A stretch of DNA of 60,933 nt, filler included. It is 8 parts of 8 records of this genome, joined end to end, with 100 filler letters (N's around TTAATTAATTAA, not from the genome) between each part and the next. Parts side by side here need not be neighbours in the genome. Positions count along the whole stretch, not along the records: positions 47,371 to 53,718 come from SRR31156797_61611; positions 53,819 to 60,933 come from SRR31156797_61619; 6 more parts are not named here. The stretch is one strand, 5' to 3'. Position numbers and translations under genes: made by a program. Shown here in pieces: positions 53,199-60,933 of this stretch; the stretch's first letter is position 1; each line of letters begins with the position of its first letter. Under the pieces are notes generated by a model. The model worked only from the letters and a program-made list of their open reading frames with translations, made no database searches and was not told where the DNA came from.

Positions 53199-53718
53199 AT
53201 GATGAACGGAATTAAAGATAAAGTTGTTTTTCTTTCTGGAGGGACTTCTGGATTAGGTGCCGAAATTAGTAGAACCTTTGCTAAAGAGGGAGCAAAAGTA
53301 GTAATATTTTCGCCAGATGAAAAGGGCGGATTAGAGATAGAAAAAGAGTTAAACTCTATATCAGAGGGATTATATATTAAAGGTGACGTAAGAAGCATGG
53401 ATGATATAAATGCTGCTATGGATACTTTATTAGAAAAGTTTGGAAATTTACATTTTGCAATAAACTGTGCAGGTGTAAGTGGTAGACCTCATGAATTTAC
53501 AGAAGTTCCCGGAGATATGTATGACTTCGTAATGGATGTAAATGTAAAAGGTACTTTCCAATGTATGCAGGCACAAATTAAAATTATGGAAAAAAATGGT
53601 TTCGGTAAAATTGTTAATGTAAGTTCTGAAGCTGCATTCACTGCAGGGAACGGGAAGTTACCAGTTTACTGTGTGAGTAAACATGCACTAAATGGTTTAA
53701 CTAGAAGTGCAGCAGTTA
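53199..53718 (+). CDS. SDR oxidoreductase, 3'-truncated
   Basis: SGGTSGLG, NCAG, NVSS, YCVSK. Confidence 0.88.
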
Positions 53719-53818
53719 NNNNNNNNNNNNNNNNNNNNNNNNNNNNNNNNNNNNNNNNNNNNTTAATTAATTAANNNNNNNNNNNNNNNNNNNNNNNNNN
53801 NNNNNNNNNNNNNNNNNN
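53719..53818. other. Artificial contig spacer
   Basis: N-run + TTAATTAATTAA + N-run. Confidence 0.99.
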
Positions 53819-53910
53819 ATTCCTGGACAAGGTGTTCGGTACCCTGGGGGCCGATCCCCTGTTCAGACAGTAACGCATCTGAAGCCGGACAGGGGGCTTG
53901 CTCCCAGGAC

Positions 53911-55116
53911 TCAGCCCCCTGTTCCCTTACAAGGCAGCCTCAGGATAAACTCCGCTCCCCCCTCGGGATGGTTCTGCACAGAGAGTTCTCCGTCATGGGC
54001 TTCGGCAATGCGCCTGGACAGGGCCAGACCGATACCGAATCCGCCGGTCTCTCTGTTCCGTGAACCGTCCAGCCGGAAGAAAGGCTCGAAGACATTCTCC
54101 CGGTGTTCCGGGGGGACGCCCGGCCCGTAGTCCCGGAAACGCATGATAAGTTCGGACTCCCCTTTCTCCATAGTGATCAGGACGCCCTCCCCCGGGCTGT
54201 GCCTCAGGCCGTTCTCAATAAGATTCCGGATGACCCGGCCCAATTGAAAGGGATCGCAGAACAGCGGGCAGGCGTCCTCTGCCGGAGGGCAGCGGATCAA
54301 TTCGGGATTGTCGAAGCTACCCGCGACCTGTTCCAGAAGCGTGCCCGCATCGCTGAGCTCCCTGTTCAGCTGAAACACGTTCTCTCCCAGGCGGTAGAAG
54401 TCCAGGAGCCTTCCCGTCAGCTCTTCCATCTCCCTCAGGTCGTTGCGGATGGCTCCCGTCCGTGACGGTTCATTGATAAGAGCCAGGGCGACCTTCAGCC
54501 TGGCCAAAGGGCTTCTCAACTCATGACTGACATCCATGATCAGCTGATCCCTGTTCCTGATCATCCTCTCAAGATCATCAGCCATAAGGTTAAAGCTGTT
54601 CACCAGATCGCCCAGCTCATCCCGGCTTGTTCTGGGCAGCCTAACATCAAAATTCCCTTCAGAGATCCGGGTCGCCGCATTCTGCAGTTCTTTAACCGGT
54701 TTGAGAATTTTCCTGATGATAAAATAGAGAAAAACAAAGAAGCCCCCCAGAAAAAGGACGAACAGCAGCAGTCCCTTACGCCGGTCATCCTTCCGTCCGG
54801 CCCTGTAATAGACTGTATACTCCCCGATATGGATAGGTTTTTGAAATCTACGGGGCCTGGCATCGTCAGCACGAGCGTCCGTTTCCGACAGAACGAACTC
54901 AAGATTAAAGCCCTCGGCAATACGCTGAACCTTATCCATATCGGGAGGGTCGCCGATGTAATCGCCAATCAGTTCGGCTATGACCGCGGATCGCTTTTCC
55001 CATCGGTTCTCATCGAAATCCCTGGTGAAATTGAATACGATCCCCATGCTGACGCTTATGAATACCCATGAGAAAACAAGGAGAAAGACGATCTTCAGAT
55101 AGAGGGATATCTTCAC
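53911..55116 (-). CDS. HAMP-domain sensor histidine kinase
   Basis: Two TM segments, HAMP, DVSHELRSPL, NLIENG, DYGPG, GFGIGL. Confidence 0.92.
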   Translation of the reverse strand: MKISLYLKIVFLLVFSWVFISVSMGIVFNFTRDFDENRWEKRSAVIAELIGDYIGDPPDMDKVQRIAEGFNLEFVLSETDARADDARPRRFQKPIHIGEYTVYYRAGRKDDRRKGLLLFVLFLGGFFVFLYFIIRKILKPVKELQNAATRISEGNFDVRLPRTSRDELGDLVNSFNLMADDLERMIRNRDQLIMDVSHELRSPLARLKVALALINEPSRTGAIRNDLREMEELTGRLLDFYRLGENVFQLNRELSDAGTLLEQVAGSFDNPELIRCPPAEDACPLFCDPFQLGRVIRNLIENGLRHSPGEGVLITMEKGESELIMRFRDYGPGVPPEHRENVFEPFFRLDGSRNRETGGFGIGLALSRRIAEAHDGELSVQNHPEGGAEFILRLPCKGTGG

Positions 55117-55814
55117 GGGCTTTCCTCATTTCCGATGATGAACATGTAGCCGTTACCCCAGATGGTCTTGATATACTCTGCACCAGGTTCCGCCTGATGC
55201 AGCTTCTTCCTGAGACGGCTGATCAGCACGTCAACGGAGCGATCGAAACTGCTCCAGGAATTTCCCTTCAGACGCTCCATGATCCGATCGCGATTGAGGA
55301 CCTGTCCCGGATTATCTGCAAAGAGCACGAGCAGATCGTACTCCAGAGACGTCAGATCCAGAAGCGTCCCTTTCAAACGGACCTGACGGCTGTCCCTGGA
55401 AATGCTGAAATCTGCCGCCGGGATAGCGCTCGACGGCTCGCGTCCGGAGCTTCCGGCCCTCCTCAACAGGGCCTGGATCCTGGCCGCCAGCTCCCTGGGT
55501 TCGAAGGGCTTGGGCAGATAATCGTCAGCCCCCAGCTCCAAACCCACGATGCGGTCCGTGAGCTCTCCCCTCGCCGTAAGCATGAGGATGGGCACATTGG
55601 AAAATGTCCGGATAGTCCGACAGACCTCGAAACCGTCCATATCCGGAAGCATGATATCCAGAATAACAATGTCCGGCTTGTCATAGCGGACGGTCTCGAT
55701 CCCCCTGACGGGATGGTGCCGGGCGACGACCCTGTAGGAGTACTGTCCCAGATAGTCGCCCAGAAGTTCTGTCATTTTACGATCATCATCGATGATGAGA
55801 ACAGTGGATTTCAT
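55113..55814 (-). CDS. OmpR/CpxR-family response regulator
   Basis: IIDDD, LDIMLP, GADDYLPKPF, DRSVDVLISRLR, TIWGNGY. Confidence 0.93.
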   Translation of the reverse strand: MKSTVLIIDDDRKMTELLGDYLGQYSYRVVARHHPVRGIETVRYDKPDIVILDIMLPDMDGFEVCRTIRTFSNVPILMLTARGELTDRIVGLELGADDYLPKPFEPRELAARIQALLRRAGSSGREPSSAIPAADFSISRDSRQVRLKGTLLDLTSLEYDLLVLFADNPGQVLNRDRIMERLKGNSWSSFDRSVDVLISRLRKKLHQAEPGAEYIKTIWGNGYMFIIGNEESP

Positions 55815-55827
55815 AGAAGATAGTATA

Positions 55828-56256
55828 TCATCTAAAGCGCTCGCTCTTGCGTTTACTCATCTCATCAATGAATTCCTCTCTTTGCTCGGGAGTCAGGATG
55901 GCATGAAAACGCACCATCTGATCTGCCAAATAGGCCCTCATCTCCTTCCGGCCGCTCTCATACCCTTCCATCGCAGAAAGGATCTCCTCCGATTCAAGCT
56001 CATCCTTGAGAAACAGCTCCCGGGCAGATTCGAATCTGTCGCCGTATTCGCTTCTCCGGGCCTTCAGGGTTTCAAAGGTTTCTTCCGCCAGAAGAGAGAC
56101 CTCCTCTTTCTGCTCCCTTGTCAGGTCGAGGGTTCTGGAAACATGCTTGACCATCCTGTTGATATGTCTGGCAGACAATTCCCTTCTCTGTGTGCAAGAC
56201 GACACAGCCAGCACCGCAGCGATAAGCGAAACGGCAACAAGAACTTTCTTCTTCAT
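55828..56256 (-). CDS. Spy/CpxP-family periplasmic (lipo)protein
   Basis: Start MKKKVLV with GGAGG SD; LDLTREQ and ILTPEQR (LTxxQ) motifs; VSSC lipobox. Confidence 0.8.
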   Translation of the reverse strand: MKKKVLVAVSLIAAVLAVSSCTQRRELSARHINRMVKHVSRTLDLTREQKEEVSLLAEETFETLKARRSEYGDRFESARELFLKDELESEEILSAMEGYESGRKEMRAYLADQMVRFHAILTPEQREEFIDEMSKRKSERFR

Positions 56257-56319
56257 TACATTACCTCCGTAATCTGTTTGAACAGAATATACAAAGGGGG
56301 TATTTCCCAACTGTTTCTG

Positions 56320-56339
56320 AATTGTAACAAATTGTAACA
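56320..56339 (-). promoter_or_regulatory. OmpR-family direct-repeat binding site
   Basis: AATTGTAACA twice with 10-bp period, upstream of the cpxP-RR-HK operon. Confidence 0.6.
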
Positions 56340-56541
56340 CCGAACATATTGCCGGCAAAGCAGCATTGCCATACGGTCAAGGCAGATTGCCCTTTTCATC
56401 CTCACGGAGCCCCCCGGGATGAAGGATTCCAGTGAGACGACAATGGACAGGACCGGCTCCGGCTCCCGGATCAATCATATATTGATTCCCGGTGCGGAAA
56501 GAATTAAAATTCATGTTGAATCAGATTTTTCAGGAATTACA

Positions 56542-58458
56542 ATGCATGTAAAAAACTGGACAGAAAGACCGCTTCACAGAGATCAGAAGGAGCTGATTCA
56601 CTATCTGTCGACGGAAACCGGCAACGAGATATTCCTTACGAAGAAGAGAGTTCTCAGGTATTTCCTGCTGTTTATGCTTCTGCTGTACACATCTTCCCTC
56701 GTATTTACGATAACCGGCATTGAGGGCTACAGATCCGAAAACTGGCGCTATGGCGCGCTTGTCAGGATTATGATCCTGGCCCTGGCGATAGCGAGCCTGA
56801 TACAGGTCCAGCGCAACAAATCTGAACAGTCAGTAAATCTTCTCATTATCGCCCAGATCGCAAGCGCCTTCAACACGGCAATATGGGGCAATACAGCCAG
56901 AGATGCCTATGCCTATATGGGGGTGATCATACCCTTCGTCCTGGCCCTTCAGATCGTCAATTTCCTGAAGAGCGACCTGAAGTTCAAAATCATTCTCAAC
57001 ATCTTTCTTTTTGCCAGTACCATCATCATCGGGATGTGGTACATCAGCATATCCAAAGAGCAGGAATCGTCCCGGCTGGTAGCCACCCTGTACCTGGGAG
57101 TGATCCTCTTACTGATTATCATCATTACCACCATTCTGAGTTCCATCATCAGGGTATCCCTTGATAACGCCGTGGTCAGGAAAACCCTTTTTGACGACAA
57201 GACCGGTCTGCCCAATCATCTGGTATTGGAGATGGAGCTTTCCGAGTTGCTGGAAGAGATCAACAGAGGCGAGAGATCCATGGCCGTCTTCGGGATCCAC
57301 CTGGACAAACTCAACAGGATCAACCATAAATACGGATATCAGATGGGAGACAGAATCCTGCGTAAGATCGCGGAGAGAGCCGTCTCCCTGAAGGACAGCT
57401 ACCGCATCTATAAGGCGAAGGGGGCTCTCTTTATTCTCATCCCCCGATTCGACTGGACACCGGGATGCAACGATGAGTGCGGCAAAGAGCTCTTCGAGTT
57501 TACGGGGAAACCCGTGGTCATCAAAAACGATCCCATGGAGATGAAGCTTTCGGTTATCGGGACAGAGTGTCCCAATGACGGCAGGAGCGCACCCCGACTG
57601 ATAGCGAACCTATACAACGTCGTAGCCAGGCAAAGCAGCGGCCATGCGTATCAGACACGCAGCATCAACTGGTTTGATATGGAATCCTATAGGGAAACGG
57701 AGCGAAACTATCTGCTGGAAAAAGGCCTGAAGAAGATGATACGAAACAAAGAGTATTCTCTGCTGATTCAGCCCAAGTACTATGCGGGAGACGATACCCT
57801 CCACGGCGGTGAGCTTCTATCCAGATGGGACCATCCCGAACTGGGGCTTCTGTCTCCTCTGGAATTCATTCCCCTGCTGGAAGAGAACGGCTTGATGGTC
57901 GATTACACAGAATCCATAGTGGAGCATATCACCCAGGACCTTAACAGCAGAAAGCTGGATTGCAGCAAAGAGTACATCCTAGCGGTGGATTTCAATGCCA
58001 CGTCCATCATGAACAGGAAATTCATACACTACATAGTGGAGACGGCAAAGAGGATGAAGAAATTCAGTATCGAGATAGAACTGACAGAAGACCTCTTCCT
58101 AATGATCAACAGGCAGCTGCTGGAGAACCTGGAGTTTCTGAAGGCACATAATATCAGGCTGGCTCTCGATGACTTCGGAACGGGATTCTCAAATATGAGC
58201 TACCTCCAGGAACTGAAAGTAGATACGATAAAAATAGATAAAAGGTTCATCTCACCCCTTTCGGAGGACCGGAATTCCCTGGGGATCGTAAAGGCGTTGA
58301 TAGAGATGTCTCATTCCTTTGGAATAGAGGTCGTCGCCGAAGGTGTGGAGGATGACATCCAGAAGTCTATCCTGCGGGACCTCGGCTGCGACCTTATCCA
58401 GGGATACCTGTACTCCAGACCCGTCTCCCTGGACGACTATGTGAAGCTCCTGTCCTAA
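56542..58458 (+). CDS. Membrane GGDEF(degenerate)-EAL protein, probable c-di-GMP phosphodiesterase
   Basis: TM N-terminus; DDKTGLPN with GGDEF replaced by KGALF; QP, ELLSRW, DDFGTGFS, KID, AEGVE, QGY. Start 56542 or 56419. Confidence 0.85.
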   Translation: MHVKNWTERPLHRDQKELIHYLSTETGNEIFLTKKRVLRYFLLFMLLLYTSSLVFTITGIEGYRSENWRYGALVRIMILALAIASLIQVQRNKSEQSVNLLIIAQIASAFNTAIWGNTARDAYAYMGVIIPFVLALQIVNFLKSDLKFKIILNIFLFASTIIIGMWYISISKEQESSRLVATLYLGVILLLIIIITTILSSIIRVSLDNAVVRKTLFDDKTGLPNHLVLEMELSELLEEINRGERSMAVFGIHLDKLNRINHKYGYQMGDRILRKIAERAVSLKDSYRIYKAKGALFILIPRFDWTPGCNDECGKELFEFTGKPVVIKNDPMEMKLSVIGTECPNDGRSAPRLIANLYNVVARQSSGHAYQTRSINWFDMESYRETERNYLLEKGLKKMIRNKEYSLLIQPKYYAGDDTLHGGELLSRWDHPELGLLSPLEFIPLLEENGLMVDYTESIVEHITQDLNSRKLDCSKEYILAVDFNATSIMNRKFIHYIVETAKRMKKFSIEIELTEDLFLMINRQLLENLEFLKAHNIRLALDDFGTGFSNMSYLQELKVDTIKIDKRFISPLSEDRNSLGIVKALIEMSHSFGIEVVAEGVEDDIQKSILRDLGCDLIQGYLYSRPVSLDDYVKLLS

Positions 58459-58499
58459 CCGTATTCAGATCTGACGGCTTCCTCAATTTCAGGAAGCCC

Positions 58500-60401
58500 C
58501 TATTCTCCCCTTTTATCTGGGATGGCGAGTCTTTTATCAGGAAGTCTGAAAAAGCTGATGTTGTCAACAAGGGTATTTGACTGTTCCCTGAGCTCTGAGG
58601 CCGTGGCTGCCAGCTCCTCCGAGGAAGAGGCATTGTGCTGGATGACCTCGTCCAAAAGCAAAAGAGCCTGATTGATCTGATCGGTACCGGAATGCTGCTC
58701 CTGACTTGCCAGGGAGATCTCCTCAACCAGCTCTGCTGTCTTCTGAATATCCGGTATAAGAGACCGAAGCTTCTCTCCCGAATCACGGGAAAGGCTTACC
58801 GTCCTTTCCGAGGTTTCTACGATCTCCGCAGCAGCCTCCTGGGTTTGCTCCGCCAGTTTCCTGACCTCTGAAGCGACAACGGCAAATCCCTTTCCATGCT
58901 CCCCCGCCCTCGCCGCTTCGATGGCGGCATTCAAGGCGAGCATGTTGGTCTGGCGGGCTATGTCCGAGATAATCGTTATCCTCTCGGCGATTGTCGTCAT
59001 GGATTCAATGGCTTTCATCGCTGTATCCGCGCTGGATTTTGCATTGACCGCTCCCGATGAGGCGATCTTCTCAGTGGCCCGCGCATTCTCTGCGTTCTGA
59101 GCGATGTTCGAACTCATCTCTTCCATAGACGACGATACTTCCTCCGCACTGGAAGCCTGTTGGCTCGCTCCGCTGGACAACTGATTTGAAGATTCCTTTA
59201 GCTGGGCACTTCCCTTGTCAATATGTTCTGACACAGCCTTGACGCTGCCAATGAAATCCACAAGATTCTCTTTCATTTTGTCCAGAGAGCGGCTTAGCAT
59301 CCCCAACTCATCCGAGCGCTCTATGTTCCTGTTATCCAGCTGAATTGTCAAATCTCCGGTGGAAAGGATTTGCAAGGCTTCCGCTGATTCAACCAGTCCT
59401 GTAACAATCGTTCTGTTGATAAATAACGCGACCAGTCCCAAGGCGATAAGAATAATAAAAATGTTCAGAGCCGTAGTTCCGGCGATATTCTTGAAGATGG
59501 GCCTCAGGATATCCTCTTCCGCCACAGAGACGACAACGAACCATGGCGTGTATGGCACGGGATAGGTGATGATGAGGCTCCTCATGCCATCTCCCGTTTC
59601 GATAACAGTATCGTCAGGCTCCCGCTGCTGAAGGAATCCCTGAAACAGAGATTTCAGATTCTCTGATCCGATCAGTTTTAAATAATCGTCGATAGTAAAC
59701 AGATCATTCTCAGTGTCCAGGAGCCGGTTGTAAAGGACCGCACCCTTCTCGGTGTACACGGCTATGGAGGCATTATTCCTTTTCTCGAAATCGCTTATCA
59801 GCCTCTGGATCCCCCCCAGTCCGATATCAATGGCGGCAACTCCCAGAACAGCTCCGTCCTGACCCGTAACAGGAAAACTGAAGGTGATGGCAACGGGATC
59901 CGTATCCTCCACATCCTCGGGATTCAGATACGGTTCGGTCAGGAAAAAATCATTGCCCGATACAGGCCCCTGATAGTAATCGTTTGCACGACCGTCGTAA
60001 TCCGCCGGAAGGTCAATCCATACATTCAGACCGAGGATACCGTTTTCAGAGCTGACGGTATAGGCGAGGGAAACATTTTCGTCCACAAAGGTATTCATCG
60101 TATCCAGGTAATCCCGATAGGAGGCGATCCCTTCGAAGGCGTCCCTGTCATAGGAGCCGGGAATCTGCTGCAGGAAATCCAGAACCGTAGGGAGTTCCGA
60201 CATGATTCGGAGCTTGGCGCGCTGCTCCATGAGTTTGCCGCTGATTCCCCCTGCCAAATCACCGGCGAGGTACTTCTGCTGAAGGATCTTTTCATCCATA
60301 ACATAGTTCTTCTGCAGGAAGTATGAAAAGATACCCGATACGATGAGGATGGCAAGCGGAATGATAATCAGTAATACGAAAAATCTGCGCTTCAGTGACA
60401 T
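58500..60401 (-). CDS. Methyl-accepting chemotaxis protein (dCache-HAMP)
   Basis: [42 protein letters not shown] Cache motif. Confidence 0.93.
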   Translation of the reverse strand: MSLKRRFFVLLIIIPLAILIVSGIFSYFLQKNYVMDEKILQQKYLAGDLAGGISGKLMEQRAKLRIMSELPTVLDFLQQIPGSYDRDAFEGIASYRDYLDTMNTFVDENVSLAYTVSSENGILGLNVWIDLPADYDGRANDYYQGPVSGNDFFLTEPYLNPEDVEDTDPVAITFSFPVTGQDGAVLGVAAIDIGLGGIQRLISDFEKRNNASIAVYTEKGAVLYNRLLDTENDLFTIDDYLKLIGSENLKSLFQGFLQQREPDDTVIETGDGMRSLIITYPVPYTPWFVVVSVAEEDILRPIFKNIAGTTALNIFIILIALGLVALFINRTIVTGLVESAEALQILSTGDLTIQLDNRNIERSDELGMLSRSLDKMKENLVDFIGSVKAVSEHIDKGSAQLKESSNQLSSGASQQASSAEEVSSSMEEMSSNIAQNAENARATEKIASSGAVNAKSSADTAMKAIESMTTIAERITIISDIARQTNMLALNAAIEAARAGEHGKGFAVVASEVRKLAEQTQEAAAEIVETSERTVSLSRDSGEKLRSLIPDIQKTAELVEEISLASQEQHSGTDQINQALLLLDEVIQHNASSSEELAATASELREQSNTLVDNISFFRLPDKRLAIPDKRGE

Positions 60402-60455
60402 GATCTCCCCCTTTAACAGCGAGTCCGGGAGACTACTGCTTCCCTAAAGACTAGG

Positions 60456-60463
60456 TCATCGGC
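60456..60463 (-). promoter_or_regulatory. Possible sigma28 -10 box upstream of the MCP
   Basis: GCCGATGA on the minus strand about 55 bp upstream of the ATG; the -35 match is poor. Confidence 0.35.
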
Positions 60464-60692
60464 AGTATCATTTCAAATAAACAAATATTTACTATTAAAA
60501 GAATTATCAATAAATGACTGAGCGATATCGGGATCTACAAACCGGACTGAGAACCTTTTCGAATATGGTAGAGCCGACAGGGAGAAGCAGAGCTTGTCAG
60601 GTCTCTCCCCATGTTGGATTTTTCGGCTGAGGAGGCTGGGAAGTATCCTTCTCCTCTGCCATAGGACAGGTCAGGAGGGGATGCGCTTCCCC

Positions 60693-60933
60693 TCAGCGGC
60701 TGAAAAACATCTCATGTGTCTCGGGCGTCCCGTACCCTTCGATCTCATCAATCCTCAGGCCCGGCTTTTCCACCGTGGAAAGGACGATCTTTCTATTGAA
60801 GGGATGGGTGTCCGGATGGTTCAGGTAATCCTCCAGAGGCATCCAGAGGGCCTCTGAGATCTCCGACGGATCGATGGTTATCTCAGAGCTCAAAGGCTTC
60901 AGCCGGCAGACGAAATAGATATCCGACTTGCCA
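60693..60933 (-). CDS. Nudix hydrolase (NUDT6-like), C-terminal fragment
   Basis: GKSDIYFVCRLKPLSSEI..D.SEI.EA.WMP. Confidence 0.75.
   Translation of the reverse strand, partial: GKSDIYFVCRLKPLSSEITIDPSEISEALWMPLEDYLNHPDTHPFNRKIVLSTVEKPGLRIDEIEGYGTPETHEMFFSR

Noticed and set aside
7916-53818. Seven recurring TTAATTAATTAA motifs within N-runs, and apparent gene neighbourhoods across them
   Set aside because: These are artificial linkers. Composition shifts across most of them, so cross-gap associations are meaningless and it is not a biological repeat array.
56341-56540. Possible c-di-GMP riboswitch upstream of the GGDEF-EAL gene
   Set aside because: Has GGCAAA and small stems but no GNRA tetraloop/receptor architecture that I could match.

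Overview
This window is not one locus. It is eight unrelated contig fragments joined by 100-nt artificial spacers (N-run + TTAATTAATTAA + N-run). Taxon labels below are impressions from GC content and protein style only. (1) 1-7915, GC-rich alphaproteobacterium-like: di-heme oxidoreductase, CRTAC1/ASPIC-UnbV propeller protein, xylose ABC transporter xylFHG, xylose-dehydrogenase-like SDR, threonine aldolase. (2) 8016-16004, Desulfobacterales-like: SnoaL protein, pdxK, ileS-lspA-lgt-holA-pyk. (3) 16105-23103 and (4) 23204-30315, Methanosarcinaceae-like housekeeping and surface genes. (5) 30416-41572, deltaproteobacterium-like: GH18 chitinase, plus a FadR-regulated catabolic operon in which a UbiD decarboxylase and a small Zn-ribbon protein sit between the subunits of a xanthine-dehydrogenase-family Mo enzyme, followed by a TRAP/TAXI transporter. 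(6) 41673-47270: rdgB, nuclease, HAD, pcrA/uvrD, ahcY. (7) 47371-53718, very AT-rich: LacI regulator, an operator-rich intergenic region with two consensus promoters, and a NitT/TauT-type ABC importer whose two ATPases form one intact and one degenerate composite site. (8) 53819-60933, spirochaete-like: two-component system with CpxP/Spy, GGDEF-EAL, MCP, Nudix. The best candidates for undescribed biology are the UbiD/Mo-hydroxylase/Zn-ribbon operon, the di-heme enzyme + propeller pair beside xylose uptake, and the asymmetric ABC importer. No rRNA, tRNA, CRISPR array or intact transposase was seen.
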